DNA of 41,474 nt from Candidatus Amesbacteria bacterium (GTDB lineage: Bacteria; Patescibacteriota; Microgenomatia; CAZETR01; Amesbacteraceae), in contig JACRNA010000022.1 of assembly GCA_016219445.1 (NCBI GenBank), positions 1 to 41,474 on the forward strand. The letters are read 5' to 3'. Position numbers and translations under genes: made by a program. Numbering within the stretch: the first letter of the stretch is position 1; every line of letters begins with the position of its first letter. Shown in pieces: positions 9,166-18,086 of the stretch. The notes beneath the pieces were generated by a model. That model saw nothing but the letters and a program-made list of their open reading frames with translations. It made no database searches and was not told where the DNA came from.

Positions 9166-9370
9166 CTTGGACCGTGGGAAGATTGTGGTTTGCACAATAA
9201 GTAGTCAAAAGACTCCTAAGAGCTGTAATGACCGATCCCCCACGGCCTATGACTCGCCCGGCATCCTCAGAATTTACTTTGAGGCTAATTCCCGAGGCTG
9301 ATTCTTCAATGACCAAATCATTGGGGTAAGCTAAAAGTGGAGTCAGGCAAAATTTCAAGAAGTCAGACAT
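9149..9370 (-). CDS. KH-domain RNA-binding protein (YlqC-like)
   Basis: GRVIGRGGSVITALRSLL is a KH GxxG motif. It shows the usual linkage downstream of rpsP. Confidence 0.8.
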   Translation of the reverse strand: MSDFLKFCLTPLLAYPNDLVIEESASGISLKVNSEDAGRVIGRGGSVITALRSLLTTYCANHNLPTVQVTLIN

Positions 9371-9579
9371 AGAGATTTTACTTTAGAGCTAACTACTGCT
9401 CCTTTTGAGACCCAATATTTTAAGCGGTCCTGATTACATTGCAATTGTTTGTCGTGGGGGTTATAAAACCCCAATACCTCCACAGGATCTCCGGTCAGCT
9501 TGGATTTATTTTCGACAACACTAATACGGTATTGGATTCGTCCTTTCTTACCTGTTGGTGCTAATCTGATAGTAAGCAT
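9355..9579 (-). CDS. rpsP: 30S ribosomal protein S16
   Basis: MLTIRLAPTGKKGRIQYRISVVENKSKLTGDPVEVLGFYNP is the S16 signature N-terminus. Confidence 0.9.
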   Translation of the reverse strand: MLTIRLAPTGKKGRIQYRISVVENKSKLTGDPVEVLGFYNPHDKQLQCNQDRLKYWVSKGAVVSSKVKSLCLTS

Positions 9580-9591
9580 GGGGTCATTATA

Positions 9592-10272
9592 TCAATCTGG
9601 AAATAGATTATCCAGCGCAGACGAGGCAGCCTGAGTTTCAGCCTTTTGCTTACTGGATCCGTTTCCGGTTCCAGCTGGCTTGTTGTCGATAATTGCTTCG
9701 ATTACAAAATTTCTGGCATGATCGGGACCGTCACTAGATACCAATTTGTAGAGGGGTGTTCCAAAACCTGCTGCTTGGGATTTTTCCTGAAGCAAGCTCT
9801 TTGGGTCTTTGAGCTGCAGGTCAGCCAAAAGCTCACTATCTGGAAAGACTCGAGTCAAGTATTTTCTGCAGGCGTCTAGTCCTCCGTCCATAAACATGGC
9901 ACCCAGGATCGCCTCAAATGTATTGGCGAGTAAACCAATATTGCTTCGTCCACCAGTGTCTTCTTCCCCTCGGCTCAATTGTAATAAATTATTTAGTTTA
10001 AGGAGTTTGGCTTTTTCATAGAGTGATCCAGTCTGAACAAGTAGCGATCTACGGGTAGTCAATTCACCCTCTGGAGCTTGGGGAAATAAGACAAACAATC
10101 TTTCAGAAATAACAAGAGAAAGTACTGAATCGCCCAAAAATTCCAATCTTTCGTTTGAGCTTGTGCCTGGATGCTCATTGCAATAGGACTTGTGAACTAA
10201 AGCTTTGTTAAGCCAGAAAGGATCGGTAAAAAACGATTTTAAATCAAGCATGAATTTCTTCCACTGGGTCAA
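9592..10272 (-). CDS. rnc: Ribonuclease III
   Basis: NERLEFLGDSVLSLVISE RNase III signature, with a C-terminal dsRBD (GPDHARNFVIEAII ... KQKAETQAASSAL). Confidence 0.9.
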   Translation of the reverse strand: MTQWKKFMLDLKSFFTDPFWLNKALVHKSYCNEHPGTSSNERLEFLGDSVLSLVISERLFVLFPQAPEGELTTRRSLLVQTGSLYEKAKLLKLNNLLQLSRGEEDTGGRSNIGLLANTFEAILGAMFMDGGLDACRKYLTRVFPDSELLADLQLKDPKSLLQEKSQAAGFGTPLYKLVSSDGPDHARNFVIEAIIDNKPAGTGNGSSKQKAETQAASSALDNLFPD

Positions 10273-10810
10273 TGGCCTCGAGTAAATCTCCTATGGTAAT
10301 TATATCTATAAGCTCAACGGGAATGGTGATATCCAAAGCATCTTGCAGACGGGTCAAGAGAGTGGTATCGGATGACATTTCAGACAATATAGTATCATCC
10401 GTCAGTTCAGATGGATTTTTTTGCCACTCATTGGCTAAAAATTGGATGACAGCGTTTCTTTTTTGCATAGTTTTTGTGAGATTTCCCAAAACCCCATTTA
10501 CAAATGATGGACTGTGATCTGATCCAAACTCGTGTGCCAGCTCTACAGCTTCATCTATGATAACCCGAAGGGGTGTGGTTTTGTCAATCACCAGTTCCCA
10601 GGTGGCCAAGCGTAGAATTGCCAGATCAACAGGATTTATTTGTGAAATAGGCCATTCTGGAGCTGAGTTAGTAATCAGTGGATCAATAATACCAAGTTTT
10701 GACCAAATGTTTACAATTGCGGAATTTGGTTTAATGCGGTAGGCCGCTTCGTAAAGACATTGCATTAACTTAACTCGTTTCAGGTGTCTGGGATCCAAAG
10801 CTGTTTTCAT
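10244..10810 (-). CDS. nusB: NusB-like antitermination factor with a ~60-aa C-terminal extension
   Basis: The NusB core is DLAILRLATWELVIDKTTPLRVIIDEAVELAHEFGSDHSPSFVNGVLG. Residues ~126-188 are extra relative to typical ~130-140-aa NusB. Confidence 0.75.
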   Translation of the reverse strand: MKTALDPRHLKRVKLMQCLYEAAYRIKPNSAIVNIWSKLGIIDPLITNSAPEWPISQINPVDLAILRLATWELVIDKTTPLRVIIDEAVELAHEFGSDHSPSFVNGVLGNLTKTMQKRNAVIQFLANEWQKNPSELTDDTILSEMSSDTTLLTRLQDALDITIPVELIDIITIGDLLEAIDPVEEIHA

Positions 10811-10975
10811 TTATTTTTTGTCCTTGTAAGACCCACAAAATTTACAAGCTCTGTGTGGCAAGATAAGCTCGTGACACTTCTTACACTCGATCAGTGTCGG
10901 TAATGTAAGCTTGATGGAAGCCCGCCTAATACCTTGACGCCTTGTGGACCATCTGCGTTTTGTAAGTGGGGTCAT
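10811..10975 (-). CDS. rpmF: 50S ribosomal protein L32 (54 aa; not in the ORF track)
   Basis: Minus-strand translation gives MTPLTKRRWSTRRQGIRRASIKLTLPTLIECKKCHELILPHRACKFCGSYKDKK. It has the basic N-terminus and the CxxC...CxxC zinc ribbon typical of L32. Confidence 0.8.
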   Translation of the reverse strand: MTPLTKRRWSTRRQGIRRASIKLTLPTLIECKKCHELILPHRACKFCGSYKDKK

Positions 10976-11027
10976 GAAGTTATTGTAACCAATATTTTAT
11001 CTTTTCTCAAGTACCTACCTCTCCTTG

Positions 11028-12893
11028 CTAAGGAGAGGGATTAAGGGTGAGGTTTGAAAGGGTTCTTCTGACCAGTGGCAACATGTCAAAATCTTTGTAT
11101 GTAGCAATTTTTAGTTCTGACTTACCGTGTTGGGAGGTACTATAGATATTTCCGGCACCTCTTATGGCCAGATCAATTTCGGCCAGTCTTGAACCAATAT
11201 GTGTAGTTTCCATGGCTTTTAATCTTTCTGTGTCTTGTGTCGAAAACATTAGGCAGTATGCTTGCTGGCCATTTCTGCCGACTCTTCCTCTCAGCTGGTG
11301 CAACGCAGCCAAGCCAAACCTATGGGCATCTTCAATAACCATAATGCTGGCTTCCGGAATATCTATACCCACTTCTACGACCGGCGTGGACACTAGAATA
11401 TCGATTTTTTTGTCTCTAAATTTATTTATAATTTCGTCTTTATTTTTCATCCGTCCATGCAGTAATCCTAAATTCAAATTACTAAATGATTTCTTGAGTG
11501 ATTCAAATTCCACATTGACCGCACGGATTGCTTTCAAAGATTCGCTTTCATCAATCAGACTGCAAATCCAAAAAACTTGTGTTTTTTGTTTTTTGATCCA
11601 CTCGATCGCAGATACTCTCTTTTCCTCAGAAACTACCCAGGTTTTGATAATTTTTCTACCCGCCGGAAGCTCGGTCAGCTGTGACAGATCCAAGTCTCCA
11701 TACAAAACCAGGGCCATAGTTCGGGGAATAGGTGTGGCAGTCATTGTCAGAACATGTGGAGTCCCCCCTTTGTGCTGCAATAAAGCCCGTTGGGCTACTC
11801 CAAATTTGTGCTGCTCGTCAATTATGACTAGACCCACATTGTCAATATTGCTATTTAACAGAGCTTGAGTACCTACTAGGACATCGCCCATAGATTTTGT
11901 CTGCGAAGTAACCAGACCGACGGAAATTTTAAAAGGTGACAACAATTTGCTCAAAGTTTCAAAATGCTGTAGAGCGAGTATTTGGGTAGGCGCCATAAAC
12001 AGAGACTTGAAGCCATTGAGTTTGGCAACTAGGCAAGCCACTGCAGCTACGACAGTCTTTCCACTACCCACGTCCCCTTCCAATAATCTGTTCATGGCTA
12101 CAGGTTTTTCTAGATCAGCCAGTATTTCCTCTATTGCCAGATTTTGGGATTTTGTAAGTTTAAACGGCAGATCAGAAATAAATTTTGTGACTTGAGATTT
12201 GGGATTTGTGAATTGTTTGGCGACCCCTCTATTTTGCCAATCATGGCGTCTTTTCAGATTTTCGGTTTCAAATTTCAGCAGTTCATTGAAAGCAAGATTC
12301 CGTCTATATTTCTCGATTTCATATAATTCATTGGGAAAATGGACTCCTCTTAGATTTTGACCTAGACTTTCATCCAGTAAATTTAAATCTAATACTTCAC
12401 GTATTTTCTTTCTTAGCCATTTGGAAGTAAGACCTGCTGTTTCTGGATATATGGGGACGATAGTACCAGCTGTTTCGGGGTCTGCTATTTCGGGGCTAAT
12501 CACAGCCAGCTTTCTCCCAAACCAATCGGCTTTGCCATATAGTGAAATTTTAGTACCCGCTTGGATTGTCCGTGCCAGATAACGCTGGTTAAACCAGATA
12601 ACCAGACTTTTTCCGGTCTCATCTGCTATTTCTGTTTTTTGAATGACTTTGCCGGATTTGGTATATTCATTTGTGATTTCAGAAATCGCACCAACGATTG
12701 TGATTTGAAACCCGGCTTTAATTTGTGAGACAGGTGTAATGATTCTTCGGTCTTCATATCTAAATGGCAGGTGATGCAGAAGATCAAAAACAGTATATAT
12801 TTCCAATTTTACCAGCCTTTCCGCCTGCACAGATCCGATTCCAGATAGTGATGTGACGTTATCAGAGAGTTTCATCTTGCCATTATTATACAA
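11028..12893 (-). CDS. recG: ATP-dependent DNA helicase RecG
   Basis: Wedge/OB N-terminal region. Helicase motifs are LLEGDVGSGKTVVA (I), IIDEQHKFG (II, DEQH), MTATPIPRT (III) and QLRGRVGRNGQQAYC (VI). The true start may be M7 at 12875. Confidence 0.9.
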   Translation of the reverse strand: MYNNGKMKLSDNVTSLSGIGSVQAERLVKLEIYTVFDLLHHLPFRYEDRRIITPVSQIKAGFQITIVGAISEITNEYTKSGKVIQKTEIADETGKSLVIWFNQRYLARTIQAGTKISLYGKADWFGRKLAVISPEIADPETAGTIVPIYPETAGLTSKWLRKKIREVLDLNLLDESLGQNLRGVHFPNELYEIEKYRRNLAFNELLKFETENLKRRHDWQNRGVAKQFTNPKSQVTKFISDLPFKLTKSQNLAIEEILADLEKPVAMNRLLEGDVGSGKTVVAAVACLVAKLNGFKSLFMAPTQILALQHFETLSKLLSPFKISVGLVTSQTKSMGDVLVGTQALLNSNIDNVGLVIIDEQHKFGVAQRALLQHKGGTPHVLTMTATPIPRTMALVLYGDLDLSQLTELPAGRKIIKTWVVSEEKRVSAIEWIKKQKTQVFWICSLIDESESLKAIRAVNVEFESLKKSFSNLNLGLLHGRMKNKDEIINKFRDKKIDILVSTPVVEVGIDIPEASIMVIEDAHRFGLAALHQLRGRVGRNGQQAYCLMFSTQDTERLKAMETTHIGSRLAEIDLAIRGAGNIYSTSQHGKSELKIATYKDFDMLPLVRRTLSNLTLNPSP

Positions 12894-12945
12894 GTTTATG
12901 GTTAAAAGTTGCAGGAATGGTTGTTGCCACTTTCACCCCAGTAAA

Positions 12946-12964
12946 TCCCACCTCTCGGGTGGGA
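12946..12964 (+). repeat. Left hairpin (TCCCACC-TCTCG-GGTGGGA)
   Basis: 7-bp stem read directly from the sequence. 18 of its 19 nt are repeated at 13684-13701. Confidence 0.9.
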
Positions 12965-12984
12965 ATTGTGGTAATATTAATCGC

Positions 12985-13662
12985 ATGGCCATGAGACAAA
13001 CACCGTTGGTTTCTGGAGGATACTACCATATTTTCAACAGAGGAGTCGCAAAAATGCCTATATTTACCACAATATCTGATTACACTAGAGCTTTGCAAAC
13101 GATTGAATATTATCGCTTTACAAATCCTCCCTTGAAACTTTCTAAATATAAAGATTTGTCTATAGAACAAAAAAGCCGCATCAATCTGGAATTAGATTAT
13201 AAAAAGGATTGTTTAGTTGATATATTGAGTTTTGTATTTATGCCAAATCATTTTCATTTTTTACTTAAACAGAGTACTGATTGGGGAGTGTCCAAGTTTG
13301 TTGGTCAATTTTCAAATAGTTACACTCGTTATTTTAACACTAAACATAATCGTGTTGGACCAGTGTTCCAAGGAGTATTTAAAGCTGTCGAAGTTGAATC
13401 TGAAGAACAATTGATACATCTTTCTCGTTACATACACTTAAATCCCTATGTATCTTCACTTATTTCAAAAGCTGAATTAGATAAATATCTGTGGTCTTCT
13501 TTACCCGCTTATTTGGGTATACGAAAAAGTTTTGTTGATTTGGGAACAATACTATCTCAATTCTCAACAAAATTTACCTATAGAGATTTTGTGTTTGACC
13601 ATTCAGATTATGCTCATGAACTTGAAAGAGTGAAACATTTAGCCATAGATATTGAAGACTAA
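12985..13662 (+). CDS. IS200/IS605-family / REP-associated (RayT-like) tyrosine transposase
   Basis: GGYYHIFNRGV, the HUH motif in FMPNHFHFLLKQ, RVGPVFQGVFKA, and the catalytic-Tyr helix LSRYIHLNP. The ORF track starts at 12853, but that extension overlaps recG. ATG 12985 (MAMRQT) is more plausible. Confidence 0.75.
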   Translation: MAMRQTPLVSGGYYHIFNRGVAKMPIFTTISDYTRALQTIEYYRFTNPPLKLSKYKDLSIEQKSRINLELDYKKDCLVDILSFVFMPNHFHFLLKQSTDWGVSKFVGQFSNSYTRYFNTKHNRVGPVFQGVFKAVEVESEEQLIHLSRYIHLNPYVSSLISKAELDKYLWSSLPAYLGIRKSFVDLGTILSQFSTKFTYRDFVFDHSDYAHELERVKHLAIDIED

Positions 13663-13683
13663 AGATTACTATGTACAATATAG

Positions 13684-13701
13684 CCCACCTCTCGGGTGGG
13701 A
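13684..13701 (+). repeat. Right hairpin (CCCACC-TCTCG-GGTGGGA)
   Basis: Identical to 12947-12964. Confidence 0.9.
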
Positions 13702-13776
13702 TCACTACTTAGATTTCAAAACAAGGAGGTTGATCTGGAAATAAAATCAGTAATAGATCAATTAAAAAGGGTGATA

Positions 13777-13878
13777 CTACAGATATAATAGATATGGCAA
13801 AATTGTTCCTGCAATAAGAGCAAAAGAGGCAATGACAATTACCACCTTTATAAACTTGGATTTATTTTTGGAAGTCAT
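13777..13878 (-). CDS. Possible 33-aa membrane peptide (MTSKNKSKFIKVVIVIASFALIAGTILPYLLYL)
   Basis: Short minus-strand ORF with one clear hydrophobic helix. The only support is the ORF and its hydrophobicity. Confidence 0.25.
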   Translation of the reverse strand: MTSKNKSKFIKVVIVIASFALIAGTILPYLLYL

Positions 13879-13885
13879 GGGCTAA

Positions 13886-16345
13886 ATGATATACTTAAAT
13901 GGTATGCGAATCAAGTACTTTCCGAAGTCAAAGCTGATCTTATATGGCTCAATTGGATTATTAATATCAATCCTGGTTGGATTTATTGGCGTATTGATAA
14001 TCTTGGTTATTGTCGCCCGTGATTTACCAAGTCCAGATCGTGTCGTCAGGCGCGAAGGATTTGCAACAAAAATATATGACCGCAACGGCGAACTTCTGTA
14101 CGACGTGTTTGACAGCCAGAGACGCACCCCCGTCAAATTTGACGATATCCCCATGAGTTTAAAGCAGGCGACAATTGCTGTGGAAGACAAAAACTTCTAC
14201 ACCCATGCAGGTATTGATCCCCTGACCCCACTGCGTATTGGTTGGAACATTGTTGTCAAAAAAAGAGTGGTCGGTGGATCCGGTCTGACTCAGCAATTGG
14301 TAAAAACAGTACTTCTCTCTTCGGAGCGGACCGTCACCCGCAAAGTCAAAGAGTTTATCTTGGCTTTGCAAATAGAGCAAAAATATACCAAAGATGAAAT
14401 CTTACTAATGTATTTAAATGAAGTACCATATGGTGGTACAGCTTATGGTGTCGAGGCAGCGTCCCAAACATATTTTGGCAAATCGGCTAAGCTTCTAAAT
14501 CTCCCGGAGTCTGCTTTACTTGCCGGCCTTCCCCAATCACCATCGGCTTATTCACCGTACGTAGGAAAGCTTTATATAGCCCGAAGCTACGAGGTATTGC
14601 GGCGAATGCGCGAGGACGGTTATATTACATCCAAGATAGAGTCGGTTGCCAGAACGCAAATCGATAGCATGCAGTTTTCCACGCAAATTGGCATACTCAA
14701 GGCTCCGCACTTTGTCTTTTATGTCAAACAAAGATTGATCGAACGCTATGGTGAAAAAGTGGTGGAGCAAGGAGGACTAAAAGTGACGACTACTCTGGAC
14801 TTGAAACTTCAGGAAATTGCTCAGAAAGCGGTAACAGATGAGATTTCGGCTGTCAAACACTTGAAAATTACCAATGGTGCTGTAGTTGTCATTGATCCCA
14901 ATACCGGACAAATATTGTCCATGGTGGGCTCAAAAGACTGGAGCGATCCAAATTATGATGGAAAATATAATGTGACACTGGCAACCCGTCAACCAGGTAG
15001 TACAATAAAACCCGTCGTCTATCTGACTGGACTTCGTCAAGGATTCACAGCCTCTACCATGCTCATGGACACCAAGAGTTCTTTTCCCGGTGGTGACAAA
15101 CCTGAATATATTCCCGAAAATTATGACGGTAAATTTAGAGGACCAATATTGATCCGGGAAGCCCTTGGAAATTCAATAAATGTCCCAGCTGTCAAAATGC
15201 TTTCACTCGTCGGTATCAAAAACATGATGCAAACAGCTTTTGATTTGGGAATTACAACACTCGAGCCGACTTCCGATAATCTGAAACGTGTAGGTTTATC
15301 CGTGGCCTTAGGTGGAGGTGAAGTTAGGCCTTTGGATATTATTTCTGCGTATTCGGCTTTTGCCAATGGAGGAATACGACGTGATCCTGTCGCTATTTTG
15401 AAAGTTACAGACGGCAATAATCGTGTATTGGAAGAGTGGAAACCCACAGAGGGATTGCGCGTTATGTCAATTGGTGAAGCCTTTATTATTTCCAATATTT
15501 TGTCTGATCCCAAATCGCGGGACATTACCTTTGGCTCTAGGAGTCTTATCAATGTCGAAGGAAAAACTATATCTGTAAAGACCGGAACGACCAATGACAA
15601 GCGGGACAATTGGACTATCGGCTGGACCCCGACTGTGATAGTCGGGGTCTGGGTCGGAAACAATGACAATACTCCCATGAAAGAAGTCGCCTCAGGGGTA
15701 ACGGGGGCAGCACCAATATGGCGAAAAGTGATACTGACAGCCCTTAAAGAAAAGCTGGATGAACCAGTCAATCCCCCATCTGATATTATCCAGTTGGATG
15801 TAGACAGAATTTCTGGCTATATGGCCCACGATAGCTTTGATTCCAAAAAGGAATATTTTATTAAAGGCACCGAGAGCTTTGGGGACGACCCAATTCACAA
15901 AAAAATCCGTGACTGCAATGGGGATCTAAAAGAAGCCTTGATATTCAAAGAGAAGGATCCGTTTGAAAAAGAGGGCTTGAACCAGTGGCAAATAGGAATA
16001 GATGAATGGCTCAAAGGACAAACTGATGCGAAGTATCACTCCGAAAACATTCAGTCTTGTGGTAACCAAGTTTGGATTACTATGCAAAGTCCTCCTGATA
16101 AATCCCGTATAGATACCAATGATGTAGAAATTCGGTTTGATGTGACTTCACCTACTCCGATCAAGAAAGCGGAAGTATCAGTGGATGGAGCGCTTAAACA
16201 AATCTTGGTTGGTGAACCATGGAAAGTAACTGTCAATATGTCCAACGCTTCTTATCACAAAATAGATGTCGTAGTTACCGATGAACAGAACAATGTGGGA
16301 TCAAGATTTGTGGAAATCGGGGTCAATCAAGATTTTGCGAAATGA
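13886..16345 (+). CDS. Class A penicillin-binding protein (transglycosylase + transpeptidase) with a C-terminal extension
   Basis: GT51 motifs are ATIAVEDKNFYTHAGIDP and GGSGLTQQLVK. Transpeptidase motifs are GSTIKP (SxxK), SIN (SxN) and KTGTTND (KTG). An N-terminal TM is present. About 200 extra C-terminal residues resemble an Ig-like repeat. Confidence 0.9.
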   Translation: MIYLNGMRIKYFPKSKLILYGSIGLLISILVGFIGVLIILVIVARDLPSPDRVVRREGFATKIYDRNGELLYDVFDSQRRTPVKFDDIPMSLKQATIAVEDKNFYTHAGIDPLTPLRIGWNIVVKKRVVGGSGLTQQLVKTVLLSSERTVTRKVKEFILALQIEQKYTKDEILLMYLNEVPYGGTAYGVEAASQTYFGKSAKLLNLPESALLAGLPQSPSAYSPYVGKLYIARSYEVLRRMREDGYITSKIESVARTQIDSMQFSTQIGILKAPHFVFYVKQRLIERYGEKVVEQGGLKVTTTLDLKLQEIAQKAVTDEISAVKHLKITNGAVVVIDPNTGQILSMVGSKDWSDPNYDGKYNVTLATRQPGSTIKPVVYLTGLRQGFTASTMLMDTKSSFPGGDKPEYIPENYDGKFRGPILIREALGNSINVPAVKMLSLVGIKNMMQTAFDLGITTLEPTSDNLKRVGLSVALGGGEVRPLDIISAYSAFANGGIRRDPVAILKVTDGNNRVLEEWKPTEGLRVMSIGEAFIISNILSDPKSRDITFGSRSLINVEGKTISVKTGTTNDKRDNWTIGWTPTVIVGVWVGNNDNTPMKEVASGVTGAAPIWRKVILTALKEKLDEPVNPPSDIIQLDVDRISGYMAHDSFDSKKEYFIKGTESFGDDPIHKKIRDCNGDLKEALIFKEKDPFEKEGLNQWQIGIDEWLKGQTDAKYHSENIQSCGNQVWITMQSPPDKSRIDTNDVEIRFDVTSPTPIKKAEVSVDGALKQILVGEPWKVTVNMSNASYHKIDVVVTDEQNNVGSRFVEIGVNQDFAK

Positions 16346-18085
16346 AGCAATGTCTTCATTCGCAAGTTGTCTATTGGAATCGTGATAAGTAATTCTCAGT
16401 GTCAATTTATCTCCATATTTCTCAATAAATTCAATATTATTGATTAGCGGACTCACCGCTTTGATTTTTTTAATTAATTCTTCATAACTTCCAATCAAGT
16501 TAATATTAATGTCTTCAATTATTGGAGAGAATTTTGAAATAGGGGTAAATTGTTTTGTTGTTGTGGCAGATTTTATAATTATTTCAAAATTAATTTCGCA
16601 TATTAAGCACGTATCATAAATGTCGATACGATAATCAAACTTGCTACCCAGTTCTAATTCAAGCCCCTCAATAACACCTTTGAATTTTGTCATATCTTTA
16701 TTTGTTGAACTGAGAATCAAATGTAATTCTTCATATGGAAGATAAACATTTGCAATTTCAAAAAAATTTAACTCCGGTACACGACCCATATTTTCGGTTA
16801 TTATCTTTAGATGTGAATTTGTAAGATTGGTTCTGAGATACTCCCATTCAGTTGAGAGCGGATTTTTTAGTTTTAAACCATTATCTTTATCCACCAGAGA
16901 GTATGTATAGGCTTCAGTAAATCCCCAATGAGAAAGTGCAGATTTTACTTTTGATTCCCAATAAAAGGTCTTGTCGTAAGACGGTGGAGGCAATTTCCCT
17001 GTTATTAATACTGATGGTAAATTGTGATAACCATAAATTCGAGCAACTTCTTCTACCAGATCTTCTGGGATATCAATATCTAGTTTTCTCCACCAAGGGA
17101 TTTTTACTTCCATACCACTTATTTCAAATCCTAACGATTTCAAAATGCTTTCAACTTCACTCTGTTTAATTTCTACTCCCAAATCAATTTTACCTAGTTT
17201 TATAATTTTAGTTGTTTCTTTGGCGTTTAAAATATCCAAAATAGGATGGGTTGTACCACCAAACATCTCAATCCCCTTTTTCAGGGTGGGCAAAACATTT
17301 TCGGTAGCTAATCCTTTTTCAAATAAAACAGCCGCGTCTGTACGAAGGGCTAGAGACATCGAAGTTTTGCGGATATGTGATGGTTCATATATTTGAACAA
17401 ATAATAAAACGTTTTTAGTATTTTCATCAACCGCTGAATTCTGCCCTCCCATAATTCCGCATAAATCAATAATTTTTCCCGAGCCATCTTCTATCACAAT
17501 GTCTCCCCCCTTCAACACATGTTTTTTTTCATCAAGTGTAATCAAACTCTTACCCTTTTTACTTTCTCTCAAAATCATTTTGTGACCGGCAATTTTATCG
17601 TAATCAAAAGTGTGGACGGGCTGACCCATTTCTAACATCAAATAATTACTAACATCTACGACATTATTTATGGCTCTGATCCCGCATAATTCTAATCTTT
17701 GTTTAACTAATGCTGGTGATTCCCCCACTTTAATATTATTTATAAGAGCCGTCGAAAACCTCGAACACAACTCTTTATCTATTTGAACATTTAGATATTG
17801 GACCTTAGAATTTATTTGGATCTTAGAATTTTTAATTTGTAATTTTAATTTTGCCGGATAACCAAATCTCGGCAAAATAGCTGCGCATTCACGGGCAATG
17901 CCAACCACAGACATCATATCGACCCTATTGGTTGTCACTTCAATATCGTAGACATAATCTCTGCCTTTTTTGTGTAATCTGTCTACAGAAGGACCGCACA
18001 ATGAAAGCGCCATCTGTATTTGCTTGGGCGTGGCATCAGTCTTTATAAATTCCCTAAGCCAACTATCTGGTATCAATATTTGCAT
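16301..18085 (-). CDS. pheT: Phenylalanyl-tRNA synthetase beta subunit, short form
   Basis: B3/4-type start MQILIPDSWLREFI, B5 and C-terminal anticodon-binding-like domain, adjacent to pheS. There is no N-terminal OB tRNA-binding domain. The 3' end overlaps the PBP gene by 45 nt (convergent). Confidence 0.85.
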   Translation of the reverse strand: MQILIPDSWLREFIKTDATPKQIQMALSLCGPSVDRLHKKGRDYVYDIEVTTNRVDMMSVVGIARECAAILPRFGYPAKLKLQIKNSKIQINSKVQYLNVQIDKELCSRFSTALINNIKVGESPALVKQRLELCGIRAINNVVDVSNYLMLEMGQPVHTFDYDKIAGHKMILRESKKGKSLITLDEKKHVLKGGDIVIEDGSGKIIDLCGIMGGQNSAVDENTKNVLLFVQIYEPSHIRKTSMSLALRTDAAVLFEKGLATENVLPTLKKGIEMFGGTTHPILDILNAKETTKIIKLGKIDLGVEIKQSEVESILKSLGFEISGMEVKIPWWRKLDIDIPEDLVEEVARIYGYHNLPSVLITGKLPPPSYDKTFYWESKVKSALSHWGFTEAYTYSLVDKDNGLKLKNPLSTEWEYLRTNLTNSHLKIITENMGRVPELNFFEIANVYLPYEELHLILSSTNKDMTKFKGVIEGLELELGSKFDYRIDIYDTCLICEINFEIIIKSATTTKQFTPISKFSPIIEDININLIGSYEELIKKIKAVSPLINNIEFIEKYGDKLTLRITYHDSNRQLANEDIASFRKILIDPDFHKS

Positions 18086-18086
18086 A

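Larger units (their letters stand above)
12946..13701 (+). mobile_element. IS200-like minimal unit: Y1 HUH transposase gene bounded by two identical hairpins
   Basis: CCCACCTCTCGGGTGGGA occurs at 12947-12964 and 13684-13701 in the same orientation. The stem is CCCACC/GGTGGG with loop TCTCG. The copies lie 21 nt upstream of the ATG and about 20 nt past the stop of the transposase-like ORF. Confidence 0.65.

Noticed and set aside
11164-12326. Plus-strand ORFs (11164-11868, 11947-12195, 12144-12326) inside recG, and similar antisense or out-of-frame ORFs inside the PBP, pheT, pheS, Cys-rich and LSR2 genes
   Set aside because: They are antisense or alternative frames of strongly supported genes, with Ser/Leu/Cys-rich compositions typical of shadow ORFs.
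12853-12984. N-terminal 44 codons of the ORF-track version of the transposase gene
   Set aside because: This stretch overlaps the recG start region and contains the left hairpin. The conserved Y1-transposase sequence begins just after ATG 12985.
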